The notes under the pieces: generated by a model | Database searches by the model: none | What the model was told of the DNA's origin: nothing | What the model saw: the letters and a program-made list of their open reading frames with translations, nothing else | IMG/VR virus record: IMGVR_UViG_3300027833_000050 | Coordinates: 1-61,681 of that record | DNA from: a virus | Taxonomy: Duplodnaviria > Caudoviricetes | DNA: 61,681 bases | Strand: one strand, 5' to 3' | Shown: positions 7,268 to 16,427 of the stretch, piece after piece | Layout: every line of letters begins with the position of its first letter | Numbering within the stretch: the first letter of the stretch is position 1 | Program-made: the position numbers and the translations under genes

Positions 7268-7861
7268 CTATATCTTCCCTCTGGATTCTGACCAAACCTT
7301 TGTTTTCGATGCACCAACAAATCTCTCTGTCGGTAAGAATAGTGCTATATCCCATTCTGAAGGATATACATACATAAATTTACTTGTTACCTGTGATGTC
7401 AAATATCTCTTAACACAGGGTCTGAACTCTTTAAACTTAGCCGCTTTATCTAGTATCTTGTAACTAATTTTTATCTTAGTTGTCTCATCATATGCAGTAT
7501 TATTTGCTGTCTCATATAAAGCGTCCATCAACTTAGCACGAAGAGGTAGAGGCAAATAGTGCATATTCAGTCCGTAGAAGCCACCCTTAACTGTCTTATA
7601 TGGGAATATTAGAGGTAGTCTATCATAGTACGGCAATGTTGCTTTATGCTTTGCCGAGTACTCATACATATACATACCGCCTAGAATAGGTCGAGATGAC
7701 ATTCTTTCTCTATCACCTTTCTTACCAAAGAAATCATTCTCTTTGACATTCTTATACTCTTTAGCCTGACTACGATACCAATCACGAGCAGTAGCCGTCT
7801 TCGCAGGTATTTTACCCTGTCTGACCCCTTTGGTCAATAACTCATCAAATAGTACTGCCAT
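7268..7861 (-). CDS. gp2: DNA end protector protein gp2
   Basis: K..LPYYDRLPLIF, GFYGLNMHYLP..LRAKL, PCVKRYL, EWDIALFLPTERF. Confidence 0.92.
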   Translation of the reverse strand: MAVLFDELLTKGVRQGKIPAKTATARDWYRSQAKEYKNVKENDFFGKKGDRERMSSRPILGGMYMYEYSAKHKATLPYYDRLPLIFPYKTVKGGFYGLNMHYLPLPLRAKLMDALYETANNTAYDETTKIKISYKILDKAAKFKEFRPCVKRYLTSQVTSKFMYVYPSEWDIALFLPTERFVGASKTKVWSESRGKI

Positions 7862-7891
7862 TACGGACCTCTTTTTTGCTGGCTTTAGCCA

Positions 7892-8335
7892 TTATAGTGT
7901 TACGATACCTTCAGCGATTAATCGGTCTCTATTCGCTAAATGTTGTGCATCAACTTCATCTTTTGACCCACCAAAATATGGTACAGCATGACCCTCTTCT
8001 ACTAATATCTGAGTAGCTGGTCGCCATGCGTCAGTTGTAGCACAATATACATCAAAGTCTCCGAGTACACGACCGAACTTGCCACGCATATCTTCGCCTT
8101 TCTTGCTGATCTGTGTCTTCAATACTGGGTTCTTACCGAGTAGAGACTTCAATCGTGCTTTAGCGGCTAGACCAAACTTCTTCTCAACTTTATCACGAGT
8201 TCTTGATTCTGGAGTATCAATACCCATAATGCGTACACGCTCATTATATAACCATATACCAAAACCTAGATCGATATCCACATCTACTGTATCACCGTCA
8301 ACTATCTTTACCACTTTTGTTTTATATTCGTACAT
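7892..8335 (-). CDS. staphylococcal nuclease (SNase/thermonuclease)-like protein
   Basis: KIVDGDTVDV, RIMGIDTPE, GKFGRVLG, EEGHA motifs. Confidence 0.88.
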   Translation of the reverse strand: MYEYKTKVVKIVDGDTVDVDIDLGFGIWLYNERVRIMGIDTPESRTRDKVEKKFGLAAKARLKSLLGKNPVLKTQISKKGEDMRGKFGRVLGDFDVYCATTDAWRPATQILVEEGHAVPYFGGSKDEVDAQHLANRDRLIAEGIVTL

Positions 8336-8361
8336 TATTTAAATTCCTTGTGTTTATAGAC

Positions 8362-8369
8362 TATTTATA
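8362..8369 (-). promoter_or_regulatory. T4-type late promoter
   Basis: TATTTATA on + (TATAAATA on -) just upstream of the nuclease-2-54 block. Confidence 0.75.
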
Positions 8370-8378
8370 CGTTAGATA

Positions 8379-8831
8379 TTATTTTATTCCTAACTCTCGT
8401 TCTGTTATGATAGAGAACTTCCAACCTCGATCTTTGCAATATTCTTCAGCCGCATTCCATTTAGCTGAGTTCGTGCCCCAAGTCTTCACTTCATTTATAT
8501 ATCTCTTAGTGGGCTTGTTACGCTTAGTGTTCTGTACCTTAGGTGGCTGAGTCTGCGCCCATGGCTTTACTTCAATTAATATCTTTTCTTTTTTGCCATG
8601 AAATACTTTCTCGACATAGAAGTCTGGAAAATATCTATGCATCTTTCCGTCAATTGGTGAGCGATACGGCACAATTATTTCCTCACTATTCCATCGAGTG
8701 ACATGAGGATGCTTATCCAAATATCTCATTAAGCGAAGCTCCCATCCACTTCTATAAATAATATTAGAAGAATCTCCTTTATACTTTTGAGGGTTATCTG
8801 GTTTAAATCTCCCTTGATAAAACTTTGCCAC
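8379..8831 (-). CDS. gp4: head completion nuclease gp4 (TnsA-like PD-(D/E)xK)
   Basis: F.P.NPQKYKGD, YRSGWE, HRYFPDFY, IEVKP, N.AKW.AA; GTG start. Confidence 0.93.
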   Translation of the reverse strand: MAKFYQGRFKPDNPQKYKGDSSNIIYRSGWELRLMRYLDKHPHVTRWNSEEIIVPYRSPIDGKMHRYFPDFYVEKVFHGKKEKILIEVKPWAQTQPPKVQNTKRNKPTKRYINEVKTWGTNSAKWNAAEEYCKDRGWKFSIITERELGIK

Positions 8832-8846
8832 AATATCTCCAATACA

Positions 8847-8882
8847 TATAAATAATTACCATAGACTAACTTATTATTTATA
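8847..8882. promoter_or_regulatory. pair of opposed late promoters between genes 4 and 48
   Basis: TATAAATA on + at 8847-8854; TATAAATA on - at 8875-8882. Confidence 0.75.
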
Positions 8883-8899
8883 TAAAGGTCCAGAGAAAA

Positions 8900-10129
8900 A
8901 TGACTCAACTACTTAAAACAAGTCCACTAGAAGCGATGGCCAGAAGAAAGGTCGAGCAAAAAGGTCCTTCAGCAGTAATGACTTTTCCTAAGAATATAGG
9001 TGCTCACGGCACTCTTATGCGATTCTTTAAATATTCTTATGGTGGCTCTAAAGGTTCTGAAGAGACTCGTCTAGCAGAAATAATGTTACCGCTGCCAAAA
9101 ACGATTCAGGATAACTTTAAGATTAATGTTGGGGGTGACGAACTTGGACTGTTGGGATCTGCAGGCGCTCAAGTAGCAGGTGACCCTAAAGCATTAGGGG
9201 AAATGGTATCAAATCTATCTGGACAATTAAAAAAGGTTGCTGGAGATGCAGGCAATGTGATCGCTGGCGCAATCAGTGGTAAAGTAGATGGCGATCAAGT
9301 AGGAATGGCAGTTAAATCAACTCTGGAGACAACGGGGTATATTGCAAAAGCTGGTCTGGCTAAAGTAGCTCCTGATATCGCAAACGGTATTGGAGCAGGG
9401 ACAGGTACAGCGGTAAATCCTTTTGCTACTCTTGTATTTAAAGGTGTTGATCTCAAAGTACATTCACTAGAGTGGTTATTATCACCAGAAAGTGAAGAAG
9501 AATCAAGAGAATTAAAGAAAATTATTCGTACTCTTCAACGCATGGTACTTCCCGAAACATCAAGTCCTATAGGTGGTAATGAAACTGGAGTATCAGCAGT
9601 AGATCGTGGTATATTAAGATATCCTGCGATGTGTAATATATATTTAATGGGTGTAGATCAGTCATATTACTTTAGATTTAAGACTTCTATGATCTCACAA
9701 TTAGGAGTAGATTATACACCAAACGGAATTGCAATACAAAAAGGTGGTAAACCTTCTGCGATTCGTATTACAATGACATTAAATGAAGCATATATTCACA
9801 CAGCAGAAGATAATCAACCATCTGAATTGATTGAAGAAGCAATTGCTGAAAGAATTGATGACCGCATTAGCGATAGACTTTCTTCAGATGACGGAGAATC
9901 TCCTACATATGATTCAAATGTGGTAAGAACCGATGACGGCAGTATCGTGGCACAGAATAATGCAGTTTCATCTGATGAGGTTACTATAACAAAGTCTTTA
10001 CCAGGCGGTGAAACTGATACAAAAGTAATGACAAAGGCGCAATTAAAGGCTCAGGGCTTTAATGATGCTCAAATTGCTGGCACTGTAGCAACAGGCATTG
10101 ATGGCGTAACATTCACACCAGGAACATAA
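8900..10129 (+). CDS. gp48: baseplate tail-tube cap gp48
   Basis: I.LPLP..IQD, AVNP...LVFKGVDLK.H...W.LSPES.EES, YPA, VDYTPNG, P..I..TL.E pattern. Confidence 0.85.
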   Translation: MTQLLKTSPLEAMARRKVEQKGPSAVMTFPKNIGAHGTLMRFFKYSYGGSKGSEETRLAEIMLPLPKTIQDNFKINVGGDELGLLGSAGAQVAGDPKALGEMVSNLSGQLKKVAGDAGNVIAGAISGKVDGDQVGMAVKSTLETTGYIAKAGLAKVAPDIANGIGAGTGTAVNPFATLVFKGVDLKVHSLEWLLSPESEEESRELKKIIRTLQRMVLPETSSPIGGNETGVSAVDRGILRYPAMCNIYLMGVDQSYYFRFKTSMISQLGVDYTPNGIAIQKGGKPSAIRITMTLNEAYIHTAEDNQPSELIEEAIAERIDDRISDRLSSDDGESPTYDSNVVRTDDGSIVAQNNAVSSDEVTITKSLPGGETDTKVMTKAQLKAQGFNDAQIAGTVATGIDGVTFTPGT

Positions 10130-10131
10130 TT

Positions 10132-10920
10132 ATGTATTTTTCTCAGTTTCCAACAACAAAATTTAAAGATGTTACTCTATTAGACATCACTCGTAAGGTT
10201 CAACTCGATAAATTAGTTGAATCAAATGCCCTTGCGTATATGAATTATACGGTCCAAGAGGGAGAAAAGCCTGAAGATGTTGCGTTTTATTATTATGATG
10301 ATCCATCTTATGCTTGGTTAGTACTATCTTCAAATAATATTGTTGACCCATACACACATTGGCCAAAAGATGAAGCATCATTTCAAGAATATTTAAAGGT
10401 TCAGTACGCTGATCAAGCAGGTACAACAGGTGATGCGGTAATAGAATGGACAAAGAATGCCACAATAGGCGCTAATATTGTTGAATATCAGAGCAGATTA
10501 GATCCTAATATTAAGATAAATCGATCATCATATATTAATTTATTCTCTAATGCTGGATTCGAAGTCGATAAAGTGAAACAAGGTGAGGCATATCAGATTG
10601 TAAATACTGGTGGATATCCCGAGAACACAACAATATGGTCTCAATTAACAGGTTATAGCACCGCAGGTGAATTAAATAGTGTGGTACAAGTAGGCAATAC
10701 ATTTCAAGCGGGAGTTGACGGTGATACAATTCAAGGCACACAAGGCTCAGATATTAGATTATCAACAGGAAATAACGAAGCTGTCGCAGAATTTTATCCA
10801 GTTCGTATATATGATTATGAAGTACAATTAAATGAGCAACGAAGAGAGATACAGCTTGTGAATAAATCATTGCTACCGTCAATACAAAATCAATTAAAAA
10901 GAGTATTAAATGACTCGTAA
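10132..10920 (+). CDS. gp53: baseplate wedge gp53 (LysM-like) with inserted module
   Basis: MYFSQFP, YTVQEGEKPEDVA..YY.DP.YAWLVL..NNIVDPY..WP, YDYE...NE.RR.I. Confidence 0.92.
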   Translation: MYFSQFPTTKFKDVTLLDITRKVQLDKLVESNALAYMNYTVQEGEKPEDVAFYYYDDPSYAWLVLSSNNIVDPYTHWPKDEASFQEYLKVQYADQAGTTGDAVIEWTKNATIGANIVEYQSRLDPNIKINRSSYINLFSNAGFEVDKVKQGEAYQIVNTGGYPENTTIWSQLTGYSTAGELNSVVQVGNTFQAGVDGDTIQGTQGSDIRLSTGNNEAVAEFYPVRIYDYEVQLNEQRREIQLVNKSLLPSIQNQLKRVLNDS

Positions 10921-12244
10921 ACAATCACAAGCAGGATTTTACACACTTCGCTCGATGAAGATTAGGCCCCTGCTTCCGAGCCAGAGAAAGGGCGAGGGAA
11001 GCGCCGACCATGTAGATATAACAAAGGTCGTAACAGACTGGAGCTTACAAGAAAGCATTGATAGCCCATTTATATCAGGTTCAGCAATCATTCAAGAGAG
11101 TGATGATCTTCTTAGTAAGGTACCTTTAATAGGTGAAGAAGAAATAGAGATAACTTATCAAGATTTCTATGGAGATATACAAACCCATATCATGTTTATC
11201 TACTCTATAGAAGATATAAAGCCACTATCAAGCATCAATGATCGCATGGTAAAGTATACCGTAAGATTCTGTACAAAACAAAAGCTATTAACAGATACAA
11301 AAGAGATAAGCAGATCCTTTAGTAAGCAGAAGATAAGCGATATAGCATCTATTCTCTATGAAGAATACTTTAAACCACATACAGATAAAGAGATAGAGAT
11401 AGAAGAAACAGATGGAGAACAAGTCGTAGTCGTTCCATGTCTATACCCTGATGCCGCAATGCAATTTTTATCTAGAAGAGCCTATAGTAGTAATAATAAA
11501 ACATCTTTATATAGATTCTTTGAGACAAGAGAGAAGTATTATTTCTGCACGAGTGAGTACCTGACCAATAAATACAGTGGTTTTGAGGGTCTGGATGAAG
11601 AATCCAGGAATCGCTTATTTTTTATATACAACACTGTAGATGATAACACAGGAACAGGCCAGACCATAGCACAACAGAGCGTGAACACAGTGAACTACGG
11701 TACCAAGGTCGATACAATGAACGATATGAAGCTTGGTGGATACCGCAGGACCGTGAACGAACTTGACATCAACTATAGGTCCAGAATCAAAAGGACCTAT
11801 GATTACTCTGATGAATACAAAGACTATAAGGCACCAGAGGACTTAAAGCTAACTCACTCGCAAGAGTTCCTTGATTCCTTTATGGCAGATGAGAATTCGC
11901 CTACTACTACACTGGTTACAGACTTTCCTCAGATAGGTATGGGGAAGGGCAAGAACAATATGCTGAAGCCGTATCAACACTTCTATGAGAACTATACTAC
12001 TAAGCCTATAGTGGACTACCATATGAATAGGAATGCGTTTGATATAGAGATAAATGGTAGAGAGAAGTTATATGCGGGAATGATTATTAACCTAGAACTG
12101 ATTAAATTTAGTAATACTCTAGCAGGTACCAGAGAGATTGATACTGAGAGAAGTGGTAAGTATCTTATCATGAATGTGGGATCTAACTTTAGTGGTGATG
12201 AGTTTAAACAGACTCTACGAATTACCAAGGGTGGCTTATCATGA
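10910..12244 (+). CDS. baseplate hub protein (gp27-like position)
   Basis: ESIDSPFISG...PLIGEE.IEI, YRFFET, SGKYLI..V pattern; lies between 53 and 5. Confidence 0.65.
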   Translation: MTRKQSQAGFYTLRSMKIRPLLPSQRKGEGSADHVDITKVVTDWSLQESIDSPFISGSAIIQESDDLLSKVPLIGEEEIEITYQDFYGDIQTHIMFIYSIEDIKPLSSINDRMVKYTVRFCTKQKLLTDTKEISRSFSKQKISDIASILYEEYFKPHTDKEIEIEETDGEQVVVVPCLYPDAAMQFLSRRAYSSNNKTSLYRFFETREKYYFCTSEYLTNKYSGFEGLDEESRNRLFFIYNTVDDNTGTGQTIAQQSVNTVNYGTKVDTMNDMKLGGYRRTVNELDINYRSRIKRTYDYSDEYKDYKAPEDLKLTHSQEFLDSFMADENSPTTTLVTDFPQIGMGKGKNNMLKPYQHFYENYTTKPIVDYHMNRNAFDIEINGREKLYAGMIINLELIKFSNTLAGTREIDTERSGKYLIMNVGSNFSGDEFKQTLRITKGGLS

Positions 12245-12321
12245 GTGGTGATGCAGTAGCCATTTTGTTAGTAATATCAATCACTTACACACTGTATTTG
12301 AAATATAAGGATTCAGAATGA
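12241..12321 (+). CDS. 26-aa hydrophobic micro-ORF (MSGDAVAILLVISITYTLYLKYKDSE)
   Basis: ATGA overlaps with both the upstream stop and the gp5 start. Confidence 0.5.
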   Translation: MSGDAVAILLVISITYTLYLKYKDSE

Positions 12322-13904
12322 GCGAAGGGTTTAACAATATGCTCCACTTTGTTGGAGTAGTTGAAGATATTCATGATAGAACGAATAGTGGTCGTGTTCG
12401 TGTAAGAGCGTTTGGTATTCATCCTCCTCGTGCTGATGAGGGTCAAGAGAATAGTGTTCCTACTGCTCACTTACCATGGGCAACTGTATTAGACGGCACT
12501 TATGGTGTTGCACCAGTCATTCCTAGTGTGGGTGAATGGGTATTTGGTTTCTTTATAGACGGGCGAGAAGCACAACAGCCTATCATTACTGGTAGACTTC
12601 CTGGTATGCATCTACAAATGCCTGCAGGTAGTGGTGAGCCAGGAGAAGATGGCTATCTACCACCAGAATCAGTGAATGAGTTTGGTGCACCCCCACTTCA
12701 TAGATATCAAGGTGGTGAAGATGCTCAGAAAGGACAAACATTAAGTCAGCGAGTGTTCCAGAATAGTAACGTCATGCAAGCAAATGGTGAGACATTTGAT
12801 GAGCCACCTGTAATGATGCCTGAGAACAACTATGACAATCGATTAGTTAAGTCAAAAGATGGAGATAACTTTATCGTACTAGGATCAGGCCAAGATGGTA
12901 ACTCTAGTGATTATATTATGATCTCCCACTCCTCTGGCTCTGTATTCCAGATAGATGCTAACGGTACTATGCTAGTTAAATCTTTCTCTGATAAGTATAA
13001 CACAACTGATGGTGTAGAGTCAAACTTTATTACGGGATCACAGCATACTAACATTCAAGACGATTATACACTTAAGGTAGAGAATGGATGTGGTAAGATA
13101 CAGATTGCTGGTAACTTTGATATCGAATGTACAGACTTTAATGTAAGAGCCTCTCGAAACATCAATCTCAACGCAGGAGCAAAGATAAATGCTTCTGGAT
13201 TAGGTGTTGGTATCTATGCTAGTGGCGATGACATCAATATGATAGCGCATCAGCACTTCAAAGCATCAACAAGCGTGGGCGGTATGTACTTCAAGTGTCT
13301 TTCACCAGGAACTCCAGTACCAGGCATGACATCGAATGGTGGTGATTTTCATGTTGACTCGTATAAGATGAATCTACATAGTCTGTCATATACTAAGCTA
13401 CATAGCACAGGATTACCTGCAGTATCAGCAGGACTATTACCTTATCCAGATGTTGGCCATAATGGTATCGATATCTATAGCACAACATCATTAAGAATGA
13501 ACTCACTTGCGACAATGAATCTAAGCACAGTAGGTGTCATGGGAATCAATGCCGGGGGTGCGATGGGTATTAAGAGTATTGGTACATTAGATATTCATTC
13601 AACAGCACAGCTTGGAATTGGTGCTACTCTCTTACTCAATATGGATGGTCAGCTAGTCAATATCGGTAACGGCACAGCATCTGCAACAGCGGGATTTGCT
13701 GGTGGTTCAATTACGTCATCTATAGCACCACAGTTAGTTCAGTCAACAGTTGGAGCAGTGCCTAACATAAGTGTAACAGAAATAGCATCGTGTGTCAAGC
13801 CACCGAGCATAGAACATCCAGTCGTGCCCTTATTTACTCCGCTAGTGAAGAGAGTTAAAGCAGTGTTCACGAGTATGTTTGGCTCTGGTGATAACTTAGA
13901 CTAG
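12318..13904 (+). CDS. gp5: baseplate central spike gp5-like (OB-fold + beta-helix, no recognisable lysozyme domain)
   Basis: FVGVVED.HD...GRVRVRAFGIHP, LPWA, GEWVFGFFIDG..AQQP, HSSGS, followed by Gly/Ser-rich beta repeats. Confidence 0.88.
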   Translation: MSEGFNNMLHFVGVVEDIHDRTNSGRVRVRAFGIHPPRADEGQENSVPTAHLPWATVLDGTYGVAPVIPSVGEWVFGFFIDGREAQQPIITGRLPGMHLQMPAGSGEPGEDGYLPPESVNEFGAPPLHRYQGGEDAQKGQTLSQRVFQNSNVMQANGETFDEPPVMMPENNYDNRLVKSKDGDNFIVLGSGQDGNSSDYIMISHSSGSVFQIDANGTMLVKSFSDKYNTTDGVESNFITGSQHTNIQDDYTLKVENGCGKIQIAGNFDIECTDFNVRASRNINLNAGAKINASGLGVGIYASGDDINMIAHQHFKASTSVGGMYFKCLSPGTPVPGMTSNGGDFHVDSYKMNLHSLSYTKLHSTGLPAVSAGLLPYPDVGHNGIDIYSTTSLRMNSLATMNLSTVGVMGINAGGAMGIKSIGTLDIHSTAQLGIGATLLLNMDGQLVNIGNGTASATAGFAGGSITSSIAPQLVQSTVGAVPNISVTEIASCVKPPSIEHPVVPLFTPLVKRVKAVFTSMFGSGDNLD

Positions 13905-13938
13905 GTGGGATGGACTAAATACTTAGGTTGCCACTTTT

Positions 13939-13966
13939 ATTATAACACATTTTTGCCCGTTGTCAA
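13939..13966 (-). promoter_or_regulatory. antisense sigma70-type promoter pointing into gene 5
   Basis: On the - strand: TTGACA (13966-13961), 16 nt, TGt-TATAAT (13944-13939). Confidence 0.72.
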
Positions 13967-13994
13967 CCATTAATTTAAAGAAAAGAGAGAATAA

Positions 13995-15989
13995 ATGTCA
14001 ATACAATGCGATAACACAACACCAATAGCCAGTAAAGCAGGTTCGCTAACTGTTGGTGATGCTGTGTTCGATAGTATCTTTGATCTGTCGAGTTTGATAA
14101 CAAATGATCCATTAAGTCAATTAGATCGTGGTTCTGTTGTCTCGATTACAGATGCGCTGAATAATGTATTAGGAAGTGAAGACCTTCAGGCATATCCCAC
14201 ATTAAGTGAGAGATATAGCCAGTTTCCTCTTACCTATACAGAGATAGCTGATTATATGTTGACAAACAATGTAACAGTTGATATACTTGGTGAACTTCAG
14301 GCATATTCTGTGCCAGTTGGAGCTTCTTCTAGTATAACAGGTCTTCTTGACGATCTAGACTTCCATTACAATCAGAATTTTGGTAAGACTATCAGTGAGG
14401 GTCTATGTGGACAGTTTGCGAATGCTCTTCTTGATCTAGCGGCAGCCTTCTCTCTTCTTAACTCAGTTGTTGATAAACTAAACGGCTTGAATCTAAATGA
14501 TCTTGATATACAAGCAAAGCTACAAGCATTAGCCGCTAAGTTAAAGATAGATGCGATTGCAGCCTCTATAAAAGAGATTATAACAAAGTTAGTAGAGAAA
14601 GTCAAGCGAAAGGTGTTACAGGCCGTTAATTCTATCATACCACAACTCAAGAACATGGGCTGTGCTAGTAAAGCATTATATAGAAAAGTAAGAAGACAGA
14701 TTGATCAAGTCAACGAGTTCTTCTCTGATGCCAACATCAAACAGATTAAAGATAATGTTGAGACATTCATCTCAGAGATGGTCGCTAACTTCCAGCGTAT
14801 GACGTTCAATAACATTGGTGCTATGCTTCATTCATTATGCTTATTTGCTGAACGACTACAAGACATATTAAGTGGTCCTGGTGATAAACTAAACAAGATA
14901 GTAGAAGCAACTGCTGTAGAACTTAAAGCACTTCAGAATGTTGGCCTTATCAATACAAAAGATGCAGTAGATAATGGGGGTGCTAGAGTATCTGATGCAC
15001 AAAGAAAAGAGAAGATTGAATCAGCAAGAGAGAAGTTAGATGTCACGGACCCTTGTCCAACAGCAGACGAGATAGAAGCGATTAGTAAGATCAGTGAAGA
15101 TGGTCTTGGCCAGTATATAACCTTCTCTAAGTCAGTGATTGATAATAAAGAATGGCAAGATATCGATAACTCTGTATGGAGTAAGCTACTTAGAATTACT
15201 TCTCAAGTGAATAAGGGATATGAAGATGTTAAGCAACAAGAGAGTGATGAACTAGCACAGTTTGATACAGATGGTGATGGTGTTATTAGTGACAAAGAGA
15301 ATCCTAATATAGTTACATCATCTACTAGATCAGGGCGATCAACAGGTCTCGTGAAGACAAGACTACAGCCAGGCGATGCGGGTTATGTTGATCTCACGAC
15401 AGTAACTGATCCTACTCTACCAGATCCTAATGTAGTGAAAGTAAAAGCAAAAGATCGATGGGATTTCGTGAAGAAGGCTGGTGGATCTCTTCTGAATACC
15501 TTTTTAGAGAATACCATAGAGAAAGTCACAGATATAGAAATAACTGACTTTGATGGCCTTACAAGAACATTAAAGCCAGGTGATGAAGGATATACTGAAC
15601 TCAAGAAGGAGATACAACCTGATAACTATCAAGTTATAAATGGTGTCAAGAAGAAGACTGATGTTACTTCTAAGCTAGGTGGTGTATCGAATCACATACA
15701 TCTTACGGGCTTTGCTGTAGACATCAAAGTGAATGACGAGAACAGAACATCTACTATCATTGCGGCAAGTAAAGCAGGCTTCTCTGGTATTGGTGTGTAT
15801 AAGACATTCCTTCATCTAGACGTAGGTAATAGAAGATCATGGATAGCTGGACAAGACAGTGTTGATATTAAACAGCCCGAGAAGTTTGCCGGTACAGAAC
15901 TCTCGAACTATGTTGATATCATGAGTAAGCACGACATAGACGAATATAGAAAACCTAGAGGCGATGACGAAGATTCATCTTCATACTAG
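13995..15989 (+). CDS. virion-associated protein with C-terminal peptidase M15-like (Zn, peptidoglycan) domain
   Basis: SNHIHLTGFAVD...AGFSGIGVYKTFLHLDVG..RSW; long helical N-terminus; EF-hand-like DTDGDGVISDKE. Confidence 0.75.
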   Translation: MSIQCDNTTPIASKAGSLTVGDAVFDSIFDLSSLITNDPLSQLDRGSVVSITDALNNVLGSEDLQAYPTLSERYSQFPLTYTEIADYMLTNNVTVDILGELQAYSVPVGASSSITGLLDDLDFHYNQNFGKTISEGLCGQFANALLDLAAAFSLLNSVVDKLNGLNLNDLDIQAKLQALAAKLKIDAIAASIKEIITKLVEKVKRKVLQAVNSIIPQLKNMGCASKALYRKVRRQIDQVNEFFSDANIKQIKDNVETFISEMVANFQRMTFNNIGAMLHSLCLFAERLQDILSGPGDKLNKIVEATAVELKALQNVGLINTKDAVDNGGARVSDAQRKEKIESAREKLDVTDPCPTADEIEAISKISEDGLGQYITFSKSVIDNKEWQDIDNSVWSKLLRITSQVNKGYEDVKQQESDELAQFDTDGDGVISDKENPNIVTSSTRSGRSTGLVKTRLQPGDAGYVDLTTVTDPTLPDPNVVKVKAKDRWDFVKKAGGSLLNTFLENTIEKVTDIEITDFDGLTRTLKPGDEGYTELKKEIQPDNYQVINGVKKKTDVTSKLGGVSNHIHLTGFAVDIKVNDENRTSTIIAASKAGFSGIGVYKTFLHLDVGNRRSWIAGQDSVDIKQPEKFAGTELSNYVDIMSKHDIDEYRKPRGDDEDSSSY

Positions 15990-15997
15990 TATAAATA
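15990..15997 (+). promoter_or_regulatory. T4-type late promoter for the gp25 operon
   Basis: TATAAATA 20 nt before the gp25 ATG. Confidence 0.85.
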
Positions 15998-16017
15998 AAC
16001 TATAAAGGGTAAACAAA

Positions 16018-16425
16018 ATGGCATTAACACCTCGCACACGATCACAAGAGTTCTTCTCTGATTTCACACGAAATCTAGAGCAGATACCTGGTAGAACAGA
16101 TTTGTCTCGTGTAGTCAACGAGAGTGCTGTGAAACAAAGTATATTTAATCTAGTCATGACTGATCGTGGCGAAAGATTGTTTCAACCTAATATAGGCTGT
16201 GACATTCGTGGCTCTCTATTCGAGAACATTGATGCTAACTCAATGCTCATACTAAAAGAAAACATTAAGTCTACAATCAATACCTATGAACCTCGATGTA
16301 ATCTTCGAGATGTAGAAGTAAGTGGTAATGTAGACAACAACGAACTAAGGGTGAAGATTGTATTCAGTGTCATAAATACCACTACTACATCATCACTAAC
16401 AATTGATCTCAATAGGGTAAGATAG
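16018..16425 (+). CDS. gp25: baseplate wedge gp25
   Basis: AVKQSIFNLVMT.RGERLFQP.IGC....LFE, YEPR. Confidence 0.93.
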   Translation: MALTPRTRSQEFFSDFTRNLEQIPGRTDLSRVVNESAVKQSIFNLVMTDRGERLFQPNIGCDIRGSLFENIDANSMLILKENIKSTINTYEPRCNLRDVEVSGNVDNNELRVKIVFSVINTTTTSSLTIDLNRVR

Positions 16426-16427
16426 AC

